Part shown: in pieces, positions 32,423-49,204 of the stretch
How the letters are laid out: each line of letters begins with the position of its first letter
Numbering within the stretch: the first letter of the stretch is position 1
NCBI GenBank assembly: GCA_965199715.1
Contig: OZ241322.1
Span: 1,440,001 to 1,504,000, forward strand
Reading direction: 5' to 3'
Length of the DNA stretch: 64,000 nt
From: Vicinamibacteria bacterium
Lineage (GTDB): Bacteria; Acidobacteriota; Vicinamibacteria; Marinacidobacterales; Marinacidobacteraceae
Notes under the pieces: generated by a model
The model's database searches: none
Seen by the model: only the letters and a program-made list of their open reading frames with translations
What the model was told of the DNA's origin: nothing
Translations under genes and position numbers: made by a program

Positions 32423-32859
32423 CAGTTGCGGATCCGGATGTTCACGTTGCCGGCGATCACCGTCTCGCCGTTGCGCTGGAGCCGCAGCCACACTCGATAG
32501 GTGCCGGGAAGGCTGAACCGATGGGAATTGCTGAAGAACGTCTCGATGTCGGCCCCGGGTTCATACGGATCGCAGTCGGGCTCGTACACCGACTCGGTGT
32601 CGTCGTCCCAGTCCCAGACTTCCTCGAGGCAGTAGTACTCCTCGGGATCCGCCGCGCTGTCCAGCTCCTCCAGCCGGGCGCTCACCCGCACCTCGATGGC
32701 CGGACGCCGCGACTCGCCGGGCATGCGCGGACGCAGGCTGAGGTTGCGCGGCGCGCGCAGCGTGAGCTTCGGCTCCATCGCCGCGGCCGCTTCCTCCGAC
32801 TCGCCGTGGGCGGCGACCGGGGGAATCAGCAGCAGTAGAAGCAGGCTGACCAAGCGCAC
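32422..32859 (-). CDS. Hypothetical secreted protein, PKD/Ig-like beta sandwich
   Basis: Signal peptide; WDWDDD...H.F..PGTY.V.L pattern typical of PKD-like domains; two Cys. Confidence 0.6.
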   Translation of the reverse strand: MRLVSLLLLLLIPPVAAHGESEEAAAAMEPKLTLRAPRNLSLRPRMPGESRRPAIEVRVSARLEELDSAADPEEYYCLEEVWDWDDDTESVYEPDCDPYEPGADIETFFSNSHRFSLPGTYRVWLRLQRNGETVIAGNVNIRIRN

Positions 32860-32868
32860 GCGGGCATT

Positions 32869-33288
32869 CTAGACCCGCGGCTCTCCCGCCAGCTTGCGGG
32901 CGACCTCCAACCGGGTCTCGGCCCGCTTCGCCGCCCGCCGGGCGCGATCCACGTCGTAGGCGGCCCCGAACTCGTCCACCCGCTCCCGGGCGCGGCGCAG
33001 CGCCGACTCGGCCCGGGCGAGATCGATGTCCCCCGACATCTCGGCGGTCTCGGCGAGGACGGTGACCTCGTCGTCCACGACCTCCACGAACCCCCAGTGC
33101 ACCGCGAACGAGAGCTTCTCGTCGCCGCGCTCCACCCGCAGCTCGCCGTCGCCGATCCGGCTCAGGAACGGCGCGTGCCCCGGCAGCACGCCGAAGTAGC
33201 CGAGCGCGCCGGGGGCCTCCACGAAATCCACCTCGTCGCGGTACACGACCCCGCCGGGGGTCACGATCTCGAGCCGGAGCCGGGACAT
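32869..33288 (-). CDS. atpC: ATP synthase F1 epsilon subunit
   Basis: LEIVTP, GYFGVLPGHAP, GFVEV, VLAETAE. Confidence 0.95.
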   Translation of the reverse strand: MSRLRLEIVTPGGVVYRDEVDFVEAPGALGYFGVLPGHAPFLSRIGDGELRVERGDEKLSFAVHWGFVEVVDDEVTVLAETAEMSGDIDLARAESALRRARERVDEFGAAYDVDRARRAAKRAETRLEVARKLAGEPRV

Positions 33289-33294
33289 GGCGGG

Positions 33295-35617
<2,323 letters not shown>

Positions 35618-35618
35618 G

Positions 35619-37157
35619 TCAGGCGGGAACCGCTTCGGCCTCGACCGAGGAGGCCCGGAAGTCGTTCTTGAACTCGGCGATGGCGTCCTTCAGGTCAGCC
35701 TTGAGCGCGTCGCCGAGGACCCTTTCGGTGCGAATCCGAGCGAGCAGCCCCGAGTACCGACTGTCGAGGAACTCGTACATGCCCGTCTCGAAGGCTCGGC
35801 ACTCGGCGGGCTCCAGGTCGGCGAGGAAGTCCTCGTTGGCCGCGAAGACGATCGCCACCTGCTTCTCGACGGGCAGCGGCTGGTACTGGTCCTGCTTGAG
35901 CACCTCGGTGAGCCGCTCGCCCCGCGCGAGCTGCGCGCGGGTGGCCGCGTCGAGGTCGGAGCCGAACTGGGCGAATGCGGCCATCTCGCGGTACTGCGCG
36001 AGCTGGAGCCGCATCGCGCCCGCCACGCTGCGCATCGCCTTGATCTGGGCCGAGCCGCCCACCCGGCTGACCGAGTTCCCCACGTTGATAGCGGGACGGA
36101 TGCCCGAGTTGAAGAGGTCGGTCTCAAGGTAGATCTGGCCGTCGGTGATCGAGATCACGTTCGTGGGCACGTAGGCCGAGAGGTCGCCGGCCTGCGTCTC
36201 GATGAACGGGAACGCGGTCAGCGAGCCGCCGCCGCGCGCGTCGGAGAGCTTGCAGGCGCGCTCGAGGAGCCGCGAGTGCAGGTAGAAGACGTCGCCGGGA
36301 TACGCCTCGCGCCCCGGAGGACGGCGCAGCAGCAGCGAGATCTCCCGGTACGCCGCGGCGTGCTTCGAGAGGTCGTCGTAGATGCAAAGCGCGTGGCCGC
36401 CGTTGTCCATGAAGAACTCGCCCATCGCGCAGCCCGAGTACGGCGCGAGGTACTGGAGCGGCGACGGGTCCGACGCGGTCGCCGAGACCACGATGGTGTG
36501 GTCCATCGCGCCGTGCTCCTCGAGGTTCTTGACGACCTGGGCGACGGTGGAGAGCTTCTGGCCGACGGCGACGTAGATGCACACGACGCCGGAGTCCTTC
36601 TGGTTGATGATGGCGTCCACCGCGATCGCGGTCTTGCCGGTCTGGCGGTCGCCGATCACCAGCTCGCGCTGCCCGCGGCCGATCGGGATCATCGTGTCCA
36701 CCGCCTTGACGCCGGTCTGGAGCGGCTCCTTCACCGGCTGACGGGCCACGATGCCGGGGGCGATCCGCTCCACCGGGAAGGCGGCGGAGGACGCGATCGG
36801 TCCCTTGCCGTCGATCGGGCGCCCGAGCGCGTCCACGACCCGCCCGAGGAGCGCGTCCCCGACCGGCACCTCGAGGATGCGCCGGGTGCGCCGCGCCTCG
36901 TCCCCCTCGCGGATCGCGGTGACGTCGCCGAAGAGGACGAGGCCGACCGCGCTCTCCTCGAGGTTCAGCGCGAGGCCGAAGACTTCGTGGGGAAGCTCGA
37001 CCAGCTCGCCGTACATGACCCCCTCGAGGCCGTGCACCCGGGCGATCCCGTCTCCCGACGACACCACCGTGCCCACCTCGGCCACGTCCACGTCGGGCTC
37101 GTGGCCCGCGATCTGCTCTCGCAGCAGCGCCGCGATCTCATCGGCTCGAACTTTCAT
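35619..37157 (-). CDS. atpA: ATP synthase F1 alpha subunit
   Basis: [28 protein letters not shown]. Confidence 0.98.
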   Translation of the reverse strand: MKVRADEIAALLREQIAGHEPDVDVAEVGTVVSSGDGIARVHGLEGVMYGELVELPHEVFGLALNLEESAVGLVLFGDVTAIREGDEARRTRRILEVPVGDALLGRVVDALGRPIDGKGPIASSAAFPVERIAPGIVARQPVKEPLQTGVKAVDTMIPIGRGQRELVIGDRQTGKTAIAVDAIINQKDSGVVCIYVAVGQKLSTVAQVVKNLEEHGAMDHTIVVSATASDPSPLQYLAPYSGCAMGEFFMDNGGHALCIYDDLSKHAAAYREISLLLRRPPGREAYPGDVFYLHSRLLERACKLSDARGGGSLTAFPFIETQAGDLSAYVPTNVISITDGQIYLETDLFNSGIRPAINVGNSVSRVGGSAQIKAMRSVAGAMRLQLAQYREMAAFAQFGSDLDAATRAQLARGERLTEVLKQDQYQPLPVEKQVAIVFAANEDFLADLEPAECRAFETGMYEFLDSRYSGLLARIRTERVLGDALKADLKDAIAEFKNDFRASSVEAEAVPA

Positions 37158-37732
37158 GATTCTCCTGATTCCTGCGCCCGGCGCGCGTGCGGTTGGCCGG
37201 CGCGTTCCTCGAATCGCGCGAGCTCCCGTTCGAGGCTCGCGTCGTAGATCCGGTTCCCGACCCGCGCGACGAAGCCGCCGAGGATCGTCGGGTCCACTTC
37301 AAGATGGAGTCGGGGGACGATGCCGAGCGCTTCCTGAAGGGCGTCCCGGGCGCGATCCCCCTCCTCGGGGCGCAGCGCCTCCGCCGACGTCAACTGCACG
37401 TCGGTGATCCCCTTGCGGACGTCCACCGCCCGTCGCAACGCGTCGCATGCGTGGGGCACCAGGACTCCCCGCTCCCTCGCGACCATGAGGACCACGGTCC
37501 GGACGAGGCGCGGATTCTCGGTGCAGCGGCGGGCCGCCGCCTGCGCCAACGCGCTGCGCTTCGCCAGGGGGACGCCGCCGCTTGCGAGCGCCCGGCGGAA
37601 GTCCGGGTTCTCGTCGAGCGCCGCGACGAAGTCGGCGAAGTCGGAGACCAGCGCGTCGAGGTCGTCCTCCGCCCCGACCGCGGCGTCGAGCAGCGCGTGG
37701 GCGTACCGCGCCGCGATTCCCGAGTCGGTCAC
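37154..37732 (-). CDS. atpH: ATP synthase F1 delta subunit
   Basis: [22 protein letters not shown]; operon position. Confidence 0.9.
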   Translation of the reverse strand: MTDSGIAARYAHALLDAAVGAEDDLDALVSDFADFVAALDENPDFRRALASGGVPLAKRSALAQAAARRCTENPRLVRTVVLMVARERGVLVPHACDALRRAVDVRKGITDVQLTSAEALRPEEGDRARDALQEALGIVPRLHLEVDPTILGGFVARVGNRIYDASLERELARFEERAGQPHARRAQESGES

Positions 37733-38271
37733 TTGGCGCGGATGGCGTCGAGCCCGGCGTCGAAGAGCCGGTTCCGGTCCTCGTCGGTGATTTCCTTGCG
37801 GATCCGTTCGCGGGCGATCCTCGCCGCCGCCTGCGCGCTGCTGCGGCGCAGCGCGTCCTCGGCCGCCCGGACCCGGGCCTCCAGCTCCCGCTGCGCCTGC
37901 TCGGAGATCTGCGCCGCCTGCGCCTCGGCCTCGGCGACGATGCGCCCGGCCTCCTCGACCGCCGCCTCGCGGATGCGGGCGAGGGTCGCCGCCTCCTCGC
38001 CGCCGAGGCTCGCGGTGCGGGTCTCGGCGCGGCCGCGAAGCTCCGCCGAGTCGCGGGTCCAGTTGGCGACCTGCTCGTTCTGCCGGCGGATCTGCTCGGT
38101 CTTCGCCTGGAGGAAGGCGGCGAGCGGCTTCCGCAGCGCGTACCCGAGGATCGCCGCGAGGATCGTGAAGTTCACGATCTTGGGCACGTCCACGAGCCCT
38201 TCGGCGGCGAACGCGGCGCTTGGGACGAGAAGCGCGGCGAAACCCGCCGCCGCGACGATCCGCCGCTTCAT
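37729..38271 (-). CDS. atpF: ATP synthase F0 b subunit
   Basis: KIVNFTILAAIL...KPL transmembrane segment plus Ala/Glu/Arg coiled coil; ATG 38271. Confidence 0.85.
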   Translation of the reverse strand: MKRRIVAAAGFAALLVPSAAFAAEGLVDVPKIVNFTILAAILGYALRKPLAAFLQAKTEQIRRQNEQVANWTRDSAELRGRAETRTASLGGEEAATLARIREAAVEEAGRIVAEAEAQAAQISEQAQRELEARVRAAEDALRRSSAQAAARIARERIRKEITDEDRNRLFDAGLDAIRAK

Positions 38272-38696
38272 CCCGTCCGCCCCAGCAGTCGCGCCATGAG
38301 TTCGTCCCCGAGGCTGCGGGCGGTGCGCTCGAGCGCGGCTTCCGCCTCCCGGACCTGCTCCTGCAGCCTCGCCTGTCCGGCCTCGAGCGTTTGGGCGGCC
38401 TTCTTTCGCGCCAGCGCGAGCGCCTCGCCGGCGCGGTCCGCCGCTTCCCGCCGCTGGGTCTCCATGTCGCGGTAGCCGGCGCGCCGGGCGGCGGCGAGCG
38501 TCTCGTCGCCGATGCGGACCGCGTCCCGCTCGGCGACCTGCGCGGCCCCGAACGCTTCCTCGGCGGAGCGTCGCTCGCGTTCCCGGGCCTCCATCGTCTG
38601 CGCGACCGGCTCCAGCAGCAGCCGCTTCAGGAGCGGCACGAGGCACGCCACGATCCCCACGATGACGAGGGCGGTGAAATCGGGAAACAGGGTCAT
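38268..38696 (-). CDS. atpF: ATP synthase F0 b' subunit
   Basis: N-terminal TM, LLLEPV...EARE coiled coil, ends LLGR; first gene of the atp block. Confidence 0.8.
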   Translation of the reverse strand: MTLFPDFTALVIVGIVACLVPLLKRLLLEPVAQTMEARERERRSAEEAFGAAQVAERDAVRIGDETLAAARRAGYRDMETQRREAADRAGEALALARKKAAQTLEAGQARLQEQVREAEAALERTARSLGDELMARLLGRTG

Positions 38697-38828
38697 GGAA
38701 TCCGCTGGGGACCGTGGGACGGCGGGGGCGAGGGGCCGGCCGGATCGGGGTCCGGCCGATGCGGGAGGGGCCTCGGATCGCGCCCGCCGGCGCGGGGATT
38801 GTAAGCCTTCGGCGGCCCTCCGGGACGC

Positions 38829-39665
38829 TCAGGAATCCCTGGCGCCGACGAGGCGCTGGAAGACTCGTTCGAGGTCGTCCTCGCTGTAGAACCGGACCGT
38901 GACGGTGCCGCCCTTCCGCCCGCGGCTCAGCTTCACCGGCAGGCCCATCGCCCGCTCCATCCGATGCTCGGCGTCGCGGCTGTTGGGGTCCAGCTTCCGA
39001 GCCGGCCGGTCCTTCTTGCGTCCGAGCGCCTCCGCCACGAGCCGCTCCGCCTGGCGCACCGAGAGCCCGCGGCGGACGACCTCGCCGGCGAGCCGGATCT
39101 GCGCGTCGGGCGACAGCGGAAGCAGCGCGCGGGCGGCGCCAGCGGCGAGCGTCCCCTTGGCCACGAGATCGGCGACCGGGCGGGCGAGTTCGAGAAGCCG
39201 CAGCGCGTTCGTGACCGCGGCCCGGCTGCGCCCGACCTCGCTCGCGATCTGTTCGTGCGTGCGCCCGGCGGCGGCGAGCGACCGGAAGGCGTTCGCCTCG
39301 TCGAGCGGGTTCAGGTTCTCGCGCTGGAGGTTCTCGACGAGCGCGAGCAGGCCCAGGTCCTCGTCGGAGACCTCGCGGATCACGACCGGCACTCGTTCGA
39401 GGCCGGCCTTGCGGGCGGCCCGCCAGCGGCGCTCCCCGGCGACGATTTCGTAGTTCGGACCCTTCGGGCGGACCACGATGGGCTCCAGCAAGCCCCGGGC
39501 TGCGATCGAGTCCGCGAGCGACGCGAGCTCGTCCGCGTCGAGCGAGGCGCGCGGCTGCGCCGGGTTCGGGGCGAGGCGGTCGGGCGCGATCTCCCGGAAG
39601 GCCTCGCTGCGCGATTCCGCCGGCGGCAGCAGCGCCTCGAGGCCGCGCCCCAGACCGCGCTTCAT
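38829..39665 (-). CDS. parB: Chromosome partitioning protein ParB
   Basis: [57 protein letters not shown]. Confidence 0.97.
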   Translation of the reverse strand: MKRGLGRGLEALLPPAESRSEAFREIAPDRLAPNPAQPRASLDADELASLADSIAARGLLEPIVVRPKGPNYEIVAGERRWRAARKAGLERVPVVIREVSDEDLGLLALVENLQRENLNPLDEANAFRSLAAAGRTHEQIASEVGRSRAAVTNALRLLELARPVADLVAKGTLAAGAARALLPLSPDAQIRLAGEVVRRGLSVRQAERLVAEALGRKKDRPARKLDPNSRDAEHRMERAMGLPVKLSRGRKGGTVTVRFYSEDDLERVFQRLVGARDS

Positions 39666-40438
39666 GCGGACAGCAGCTCCCGCGCGAGCTCGCGGTAGGC
39701 GAGCGAACCCGCGGATCGGCCGTCGTGGGCGAGCACCGGGGTCCCGAAGGAGGGAGCCTCGGCGATCCGGACGGAGCGCGGGATCTCCGCCGCGAGCACC
39801 CGGGGGCCGAACCGCTCCCGGACCTCGCGGATCACTTCGTGGGCCAGCCGGGTGCGGCGGTCCACCATGGTGAAGAGGATGCCGCCCACGTCGAGGCCGG
39901 GATTCCAGGCGTCGCGGACCCTGCCCACGGTGTCGAGGACGCGGGCGAGGCCCTGCATCGCGAAGAACTCGCACGGCATCGGGACCAGCACCCGGTCGGC
40001 GGCGACGAGCGCGTTGACGGTGAGGAGACCGAGCGACGGGGGACAGTCCAGCAGGACGAAATCGAAGGCCGGACCGTCCTCCGCGAGCTGCGCCAGCGCC
40101 TCCCGAAGGCGCGAGGCCCGTTTCCCGGGATCGGATTCGTCCTCGGCGAGCGCGAGGTCGGCCGCCGCGAGCGAGGGGTCCGAAGGCGCGACGACGAGGC
40201 CGGGAGTCGCGGTGCGCAGCAGCGTGTTCGCGAGCGGCTCCCGATCGACCAGCGCGTCGTAGGTGCTGAAGCCGTCTTCGGGGAGGCTGGCGCCGAGGCT
40301 CGCGGTCAGGTTTCCCTGCGGGTCCAGATCGACGAGCAGGCAGCGGCGGCCCTGCTCCGCGAGCGACGCGCCGAGGTTCACCGCGGTCGTGGTCTTTCCC
40401 ACCCCGCCCTTCTGGTTGGCGATCGCAAGGACTCTCAT
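39662..40438 (-). CDS. parA: Chromosome partitioning ATPase ParA/Soj
   Basis: NQKGGVGKTT, DLDPQGN, DCPPSLGLLT, EAPSFG. Confidence 0.97.
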   Translation of the reverse strand: MRVLAIANQKGGVGKTTTAVNLGASLAEQGRRCLLVDLDPQGNLTASLGASLPEDGFSTYDALVDREPLANTLLRTATPGLVVAPSDPSLAAADLALAEDESDPGKRASRLREALAQLAEDGPAFDFVLLDCPPSLGLLTVNALVAADRVLVPMPCEFFAMQGLARVLDTVGRVRDAWNPGLDVGGILFTMVDRRTRLAHEVIREVRERFGPRVLAAEIPRSVRIAEAPSFGTPVLAHDGRSAGSLAYRELARELLSA

Positions 40439-40462
40439 TGCGCCGGTCGGGATTCTAGGAGG

Positions 40463-41074
40463 TCATGTTTCCCGTGAAACATCGCCGATCCAGACGATCC
40501 CCCGCGCCGCGGCGACCGTCCGCTCCCGAAAGAGGCCCTCGGGCAGGTCGGCGCGGCTCCGGCCGGGGGCGCTCGTGGGCCAGACCACCCGCGCCCCGTC
40601 CGGAAGCGCCGCCGCCAGCCCTTCCCATTCGCGCCGCGAGAGGCGCACCGCCCGCAGGGTGACGCCGGCGACGGGCGCCGGATCCCGGAGCCAGCCCTGA
40701 AGGCGCGACCGGACGACCGTCACCCGGTCAGCGATTCCGAGCTTGCGCACGGCGAGCTCGAGGAACGTCGAAGCCGTCCGGCGCGGCTCCAGCAGCGTCC
40801 AGGCGCCTCTCCCGACGGCCGCGAGCGGCAGGGCCGGAGTCCCGCCGCCGCTGCCCACGTCGAGGTACGGGCCGACCGCCGGAAGGTGCGCACGCAGCTC
40901 CAGCGCCTCGCGGAAGTACCCGAGCGCGAGGTCGTCGTCGCCCCGGAACCCGGTCAGCCCGGCGCGCTCCCACTCGCCGAGCAGCCGGAACAGCGTTCCC
41001 AGCCGCGCCGCGTCGGACTCGCCGGGCGGCGGCTCGAGGCCCTCGAGCGCGCGCCCGAGGGCTTCGGGGAGCAT
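40463..41074 (-). CDS. rsmG: 16S rRNA m7G527 methyltransferase RsmG/GidB (divergent)
   Basis: LDVGSGGGTPALPLA, LLEP, TLRAV; canonical position before parA. Confidence 0.75.
   Translation of the reverse strand: MLPEALGRALEGLEPPPGESDAARLGTLFRLLGEWERAGLTGFRGDDDLALGYFREALELRAHLPAVGPYLDVGSGGGTPALPLAAVGRGAWTLLEPRRTASTFLELAVRKLGIADRVTVVRSRLQGWLRDPAPVAGVTLRAVRLSRREWEGLAAALPDGARVVWPTSAPGRSRADLPEGLFRERTVAAARGIVWIGDVSRET
40466..40481. promoter_or_regulatory. parS: parS centromere-like site
   Basis: TGTTTCCCGTGAAACA, one mismatch to the palindrome TGTTTCACGTGAAACA; immediately upstream of parA; encodes the rsmG tail VSRET. Confidence 0.9.
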
Positions 41075-42816
41075 CAGCGCCGGGCTTTCGCCTTCTTCCC
41101 GCGCGGTTTCCTCCCTGCCGGGATCACTTCGACCTGGGCCTCGCGCCGGTCGAGGATCCGGGTCGTGATCGTCTGCTGCCCCATCGAGATGATGTTGTTC
41201 GCGAACCAGTAGAGCACGAGTCCCGCAGGGGCCCACGCGAGGATGATCGTGAACACCAGCGGCATCAGCATCATGATGCGCGCCTGGAGCCCCTCCATCT
41301 GGGTCGTGCTCATCTTCTGCATGATGAGCTGGCTCGCGCCCATGGCGATCGGCAGGATGAAGTACGGATCCTCGCGGGAGAGGTCGGTGACCCAGAAGAG
41401 GAACGGCGCCTGCCGGAGCTCCACCGAGACCACGAGGAGCCGGTAGAACGCGAAGAAGAACGGCATCAACAGGAGCATCGGCAGACAGCCGCCCACCGGC
41501 GAGACCCCGTGCTCCTTGTAGAGCGCCATCATCTCCTTGTTCATCTCGTTCCGCTTGGGATCGGTGGGCTTGAGGTTCTTGTAGCGCTCCTGGATCCGCT
41601 TGACCTGCGGGCTGATCTTCTGCATCCCGCGGATCGAGACGTAGCTGTAGTGCTTCAGCGGCGCGAGCAGAAGGTTGATGAGGATCGTCACCAGCACGAT
41701 CGCCCAGCCGTAGTTGCCGGTGAAGTCGTACGCCCGCAGGATCGCGATCCGGATCGGAACCACGAGGAAGCGCAGCCAGCTCCCGAACTCGACGATGTTC
41801 ATCCCGAGTTCCTCGAGCCGCTCGACCTGCTTCGGGCCCGAGTACAGGGTGAAGCGGGCGGCCCCGTCCGAGCCCAGCCGGGCGACCATCAGCGAGCGGT
41901 TGCCGCTCGCGTCCTCGGGAACGATCCGGAAGCTCGTCCACGGGATCGGCAGCGGATCCACCCGTCCGTCGTAGCGCTGGCCCGGCTCGGCGACGAGCAG
42001 CCCGGCGAAGTAGTGGGACGAGATCCCCACGCCCTGGGCGGCGAGCGAGGCCGCGTCGCCATCCCCGACGTCGCCGAGCGAATACAGGACGCTCTCGCCG
42101 CCGGTCTTCAGGACTCCCTGGTCCGCGCCCACGTAGGTGCCCTCGGGAGGCTCCTCGCCCACGCTGGGGCCGTAGAGCACTTCCTTCGGGACTTCCGCCC
42201 CGCCGCGCTGCACCGAGATCACGGCCGGAATCCGGTAGTCGCCGCCGACGACCTCAAGCGTCTTCACGACGTCCAGCCCGTCGGCCCCCACCCACTCGAA
42301 GCGGATTTCCCGGCGTTCGCCCGCGCCGAGGTCGATCTCGACCGGACCCGAGCGCAGCGCGCCGTCCACGTACACCTCGTGGAAGGACCGGGAGAGCCGC
42401 GCCGGGTCGCGCTCCGACGGCAGGATCACGTCCAGCGGACGCACCTCGAGCACCCGCTCGTCGCCGAGCGGCAGCACTTCGTAGGGCGCGCCGGTGGAGT
42501 CGCGGTGCTCCATCAGCGTGAACCGCCTCAGCCGGGCGCCCCGGTTCGTGAACTCGGCGTCGTAGAGCCCGGAACGGACGCGCACGACCTGTTCGCCGGA
42601 AGCGGACCGGGGCTCCACGCCCGGCGCCGGCGCGACCTCCTCGACGGGCGGCGGTTCAACGACGCCGGGCGGCGGCTCGGCGACCGACGCGACCGCTTCG
42701 GGCGGAGGCGGCGGCGCGGTCTCCGGCTCCTCCTGCGGTCCGAAGAACCGCACGAAGAGCAGGAAGACCCCGAAGGAAAGCAGGAAGGCGAGGACGACGC
42801 GGCGCTCCATCGTCAC
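41074..42816 (-). CDS. yidC: Membrane protein insertase YidC
   Basis: [52 protein letters not shown]. Confidence 0.97.
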   Translation of the reverse strand: MTMERRVVLAFLLSFGVFLLFVRFFGPQEEPETAPPPPPEAVASVAEPPPGVVEPPPVEEVAPAPGVEPRSASGEQVVRVRSGLYDAEFTNRGARLRRFTLMEHRDSTGAPYEVLPLGDERVLEVRPLDVILPSERDPARLSRSFHEVYVDGALRSGPVEIDLGAGERREIRFEWVGADGLDVVKTLEVVGGDYRIPAVISVQRGGAEVPKEVLYGPSVGEEPPEGTYVGADQGVLKTGGESVLYSLGDVGDGDAASLAAQGVGISSHYFAGLLVAEPGQRYDGRVDPLPIPWTSFRIVPEDASGNRSLMVARLGSDGAARFTLYSGPKQVERLEELGMNIVEFGSWLRFLVVPIRIAILRAYDFTGNYGWAIVLVTILINLLLAPLKHYSYVSIRGMQKISPQVKRIQERYKNLKPTDPKRNEMNKEMMALYKEHGVSPVGGCLPMLLLMPFFFAFYRLLVVSVELRQAPFLFWVTDLSREDPYFILPIAMGASQLIMQKMSTTQMEGLQARIMMLMPLVFTIILAWAPAGLVLYWFANNIISMGQQTITTRILDRREAQVEVIPAGRKPRGKKAKARR

Positions 42817-43049
42817 TTTCCCTGCGGCAGCGGCGCCGGGTCATGGCCCGAGCCGCCGAACGGACGGCAGCGCAGCAGGCGCCGCGCCGTGAGGAGCGAG
42901 CCCCGCAGCGCGCCGTGCATCTCGAGGGCGTCCAGCGCGTACCGGGAGCACGACGGGGTGAACCGGCACACGCCGGAGAAGAACCAGGCCCCAACCGTCA
43001 CCTGGTACGCCCGGATCGCCCCCATGAGCGCCCTCGCGGGGACGCTCAC
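42813..43049 (-). CDS. yidD: Membrane protein insertion efficiency factor YidD
   Basis: [30 protein letters not shown]. Confidence 0.93.
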   Translation of the reverse strand: MSVPARALMGAIRAYQVTVGAWFFSGVCRFTPSCSRYALDALEMHGALRGSLLTARRLLRCRPFGGSGHDPAPLPQGK

Positions 43050-43390
43050 CGCTGGGCCCGGCGCAGCGCCCGGTGGAAGGAGCGCCGGAGGTCCGCCCAC
43101 GTAGCGGTCCCGCTCCCCGGGCGCGCCAGCAGGACGAGATCGCCCTTGGGCCTGGGCGCGGCGCGGCGCCACAGTTCCCGCAGCCGCCTCCGGGTGCGGT
43201 TCCGGACGACGGAGTTCCCCACCTTCCGGCTGGCGACGATCCCGAGGCGGCCCGACTCGTCGGCTGCGGATTCCTCGATGAGAAACGCTACGACAAAATG
43301 CGACATCCCACGCCGGCCGCGGCCCATCGTCGTCCGGAACTCGGCAGCCCGCCGGAGCCTCGCCCGTGGCGGGAAGGCCTCCGCGGGCAC
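43046..43390 (-). CDS. rnpA: Ribonuclease P protein component
   Basis: [33 protein letters not shown]; start GTG 43390 (or CTG 43408). Confidence 0.93.
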   Translation of the reverse strand: MPAEAFPPRARLRRAAEFRTTMGRGRRGMSHFVVAFLIEESAADESGRLGIVASRKVGNSVVRNRTRRRLRELWRRAAPRPKGDLVLLARPGSGTATWADLRRSFHRALRRAQR

Positions 43391-43404
43391 CTCCGGGGCG
43401 CCGG

Positions 43405-43551
43405 TCAGCGGGATGCCGCCGGAGCGAGGCGACGACGACCCCGACGACGGCGCCGGGCGATCACCGCGCGCCCTCCCGGGGTGCGCATCCTGACCCGGAA
43501 TCCGTGCGTTTTCTTCCGCTTGCGCCGGTTCGGTTGGTAGGTTCGCTTCAC
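43405..43551 (-). CDS. rpmH: 50S ribosomal protein L34
   Basis: [41 protein letters not shown]. Confidence 0.97.
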   Translation of the reverse strand: MKRTYQPNRRKRKKTHGFRVRMRTPGGRAVIARRRRRGRRRLAPAASR

Positions 43552-43630
43552 GACGAGATCTCCTGATTCCGATCCGCGGCCCAGGCGGCCACCGGCCCAT
43601 CCCCGAAACCACCCGCAAACCGGTCTGGGG

Positions 43631-43659
43631 AGGGTACCAACAACGGCGGGCGCGGTCAA
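43631..43659 (-). promoter_or_regulatory. Sigma70-type promoter for the rpmH-rnpA-yidD-yidC operon
   Basis: TTGACC-17 nt-TACCCT with TG extension on the minus strand. Confidence 0.6.
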
Positions 43660-43945
43660 CAATTTTCCCTCGATTCGCACAAAGCCGTGCTCCTCTCATG
43701 TAGTTGCCATCGGCTCCCAGGGCGGGTTCCACCCGCTCACGCCTCAAGGAATCCAGGGACGCAAGGCGGGCGAAACGAGCCGCCCGCGGCCCTTTTTCTC
43801 GATCGGCGCGACTTCCGAGAACCATCGGAAACCGCCGCCGGGACGCCCTTCGACACGGCCCGGCGGGCCCCGAACCGCTGCTAGTTTCCGCCGCTCGATG
43901 CTCCTCGCCAGCACCCTTCCGGCGGCGCGCGAGGGGACCGCGACG

Positions 43946-45244
43946 ATGTGGGAAGAGGCGCTTGGGATCCTCCGGAAACAGCTTCCGGCTTCCGAATTCC
44001 GGAGGTGGTTCGCTCCGACGGAGTCGCCCGGCGAGGACGGCGGATCCGTCGTGGTGCGGGTGCCCGGCGCGGCGTTCGCCGAGCGGCTCCGGACGTACTA
44101 CGGCGCCCACGTCCGGGACGCGCTGGAACGCGTCGGAGCCGGCGACTTCGAAGTGCGCTTCATCCTCGGGGAGACGCCCGACGAGGCTGTAGCCCGGGCG
44201 CCGCAATCCGCCGGGACCCTCGCCGAGAGCGAGCCGGTTTCGGACCGGTGCACCTTTGGGAGCTTCGTCGTGGGCGCCGCGAACCGCAGCGCGTGGGCGG
44301 CGGCGAGAGAGGCGAGCGAACCCGGGACCGCCGACTCGCCCTACAACCCGCTGCTGATCCACGGCGACGTCGGAGTCGGCAAGACCCACCTGCTGCAGGC
44401 CATCGCCGCCCGGGTGCGCCGCGAGTCGCCGCGGGCCCGGGTGCTCCTGACCCGGGGCGAGTCCTTCACCCGTCAGGTCGTCCACGCCGTCCGCTCGCAG
44501 GAGCTCTACGCCTTTCGGGACCAGTGCCGCAGGGTGGACATGCTGCTCGTGGACGACGTGCAGTTCCTCGCCGGGCTCGATCGGTTCGGGCGCACCACCG
44601 AGGAGTTCTTCCACACCCTGAACGCGCTTACCGACCGGGGCCGCCAGGTGGTCCTCACCGCGAACGCCCATCCGCAGGAACTGACGGCGATGGATCCGCG
44701 CATTCGGACCCGGCTCGCGGCCGGACTCACCGCCGACATGGGCTGCCCCGACTGGGAGACGCGGGTGTCGATCGTGCGCCGCCGGGCGGACGAGGTCGGA
44801 GCGGAGCTTCCCCGAGCGGCGGCCGAGCTGATCGCGTCGCGCGTGCGCCACAACGTGCGGGCGCTGGTGGGCGCCGTCAACCAGATCGTGACCGCGGCCC
44901 GGGTCCACGAGATCGAGATCACGAAGGAGCTCGCCTCGGACGTCCTCGTCCACGGCGGGAGGCCGTCCATGACAATCAGCCAGGTTCTCGTCAAGACCGC
45001 GAGCGAGTTCGGATTCGCGCCGAACCGGCTCCGCGGGCCGCAGCGGCAGCGCGACCTCGTGCTGGCCCGCCACGTTGCGATGTTCCTGTGCCGCGAAATG
45101 ACGCGAAGCACCCTCACCGACATCGGCCGCGCCTTCAACCGGGATCACTCCACGGTGTCCTACAGCGTGAAGCGGGTCGAGGACCTGCGCGGCGATCCGG
45201 GGCTCGAGCGCGTGCTCGAGCGGCTCGAGCGCCAGCTCCGCTGA
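43946..45244 (+). CDS. dnaA: Chromosomal replication initiator DnaA
   Basis: YNPLLIHGDVGVGKTHLL, LLVDDVQFL, EEFFHTLN, RDHSTV; ATG 43946 follows GAGGGG. Confidence 0.97.
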   Translation: MWEEALGILRKQLPASEFRRWFAPTESPGEDGGSVVVRVPGAAFAERLRTYYGAHVRDALERVGAGDFEVRFILGETPDEAVARAPQSAGTLAESEPVSDRCTFGSFVVGAANRSAWAAAREASEPGTADSPYNPLLIHGDVGVGKTHLLQAIAARVRRESPRARVLLTRGESFTRQVVHAVRSQELYAFRDQCRRVDMLLVDDVQFLAGLDRFGRTTEEFFHTLNALTDRGRQVVLTANAHPQELTAMDPRIRTRLAAGLTADMGCPDWETRVSIVRRRADEVGAELPRAAAELIASRVRHNVRALVGAVNQIVTAARVHEIEITKELASDVLVHGGRPSMTISQVLVKTASEFGFAPNRLRGPQRQRDLVLARHVAMFLCREMTRSTLTDIGRAFNRDHSTVSYSVKRVEDLRGDPGLERVLERLERQLR

Positions 45245-45571
45245 GCGCTTCGGGATGGGGATAACCTGTGGAAAACCTGTGGAAAACGCGGGGAAACTCG
45301 GGGAGACTCGCGAGGGTTCGCGAGGCCCCCGGCTCAAGGGTGGGTTCCCAAGACGTTCCCAACACGTTTTTCCCAAGTGCATCATCTGTCTATCTCCATG
45401 ATTCAGATTGATTTGCATCATTTTTCCCGAAAGCTCGCGGCGCCTTAATCAGAAGGGTTGGATAAGGTATGATTCCGTCTCCCTCTACTACTGTTTCCAA
45501 GGTCCGAAGCAGGTTCTGAAAGCGCCTTTGGGCCAGGCGACGCCCGGTCCGATCGGGAGGGCCGCTTCTCT
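45245..45571. other. oriC: Replication origin oriC (DnaA-box array plus AT-rich unwinding region)
   Basis: DnaA boxes TGGGGATAA (45256), TGTGGAAAA (45267, 45278) and degenerate CGGGGAAAC/CGGGGAGAC; AT-rich tract about 45365-45480; dnaA-dnaN gap; gene strand bias flips near here. Confidence 0.88.
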
Positions 45572-49197
<3,626 letters not shown>

Positions 49198-49204
49198 GGC
49201 GGGC

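Noticed and set aside
43552-43945. Structured ncRNA or riboswitch in the rpmH-dnaA intergenic region
   Set aside because: Only generic GC-rich pairing and promoter-like hexamers; no recognisable family motif by eye. An Rfam/Infernal scan would settle it.
45256-45307. Short direct repeats as a CRISPR or iteron array
   Set aside because: They are 9-mer DnaA boxes with 1-2-bp spacers in the dnaA-dnaN gap; no CRISPR-sized repeats or cas genes in the window.
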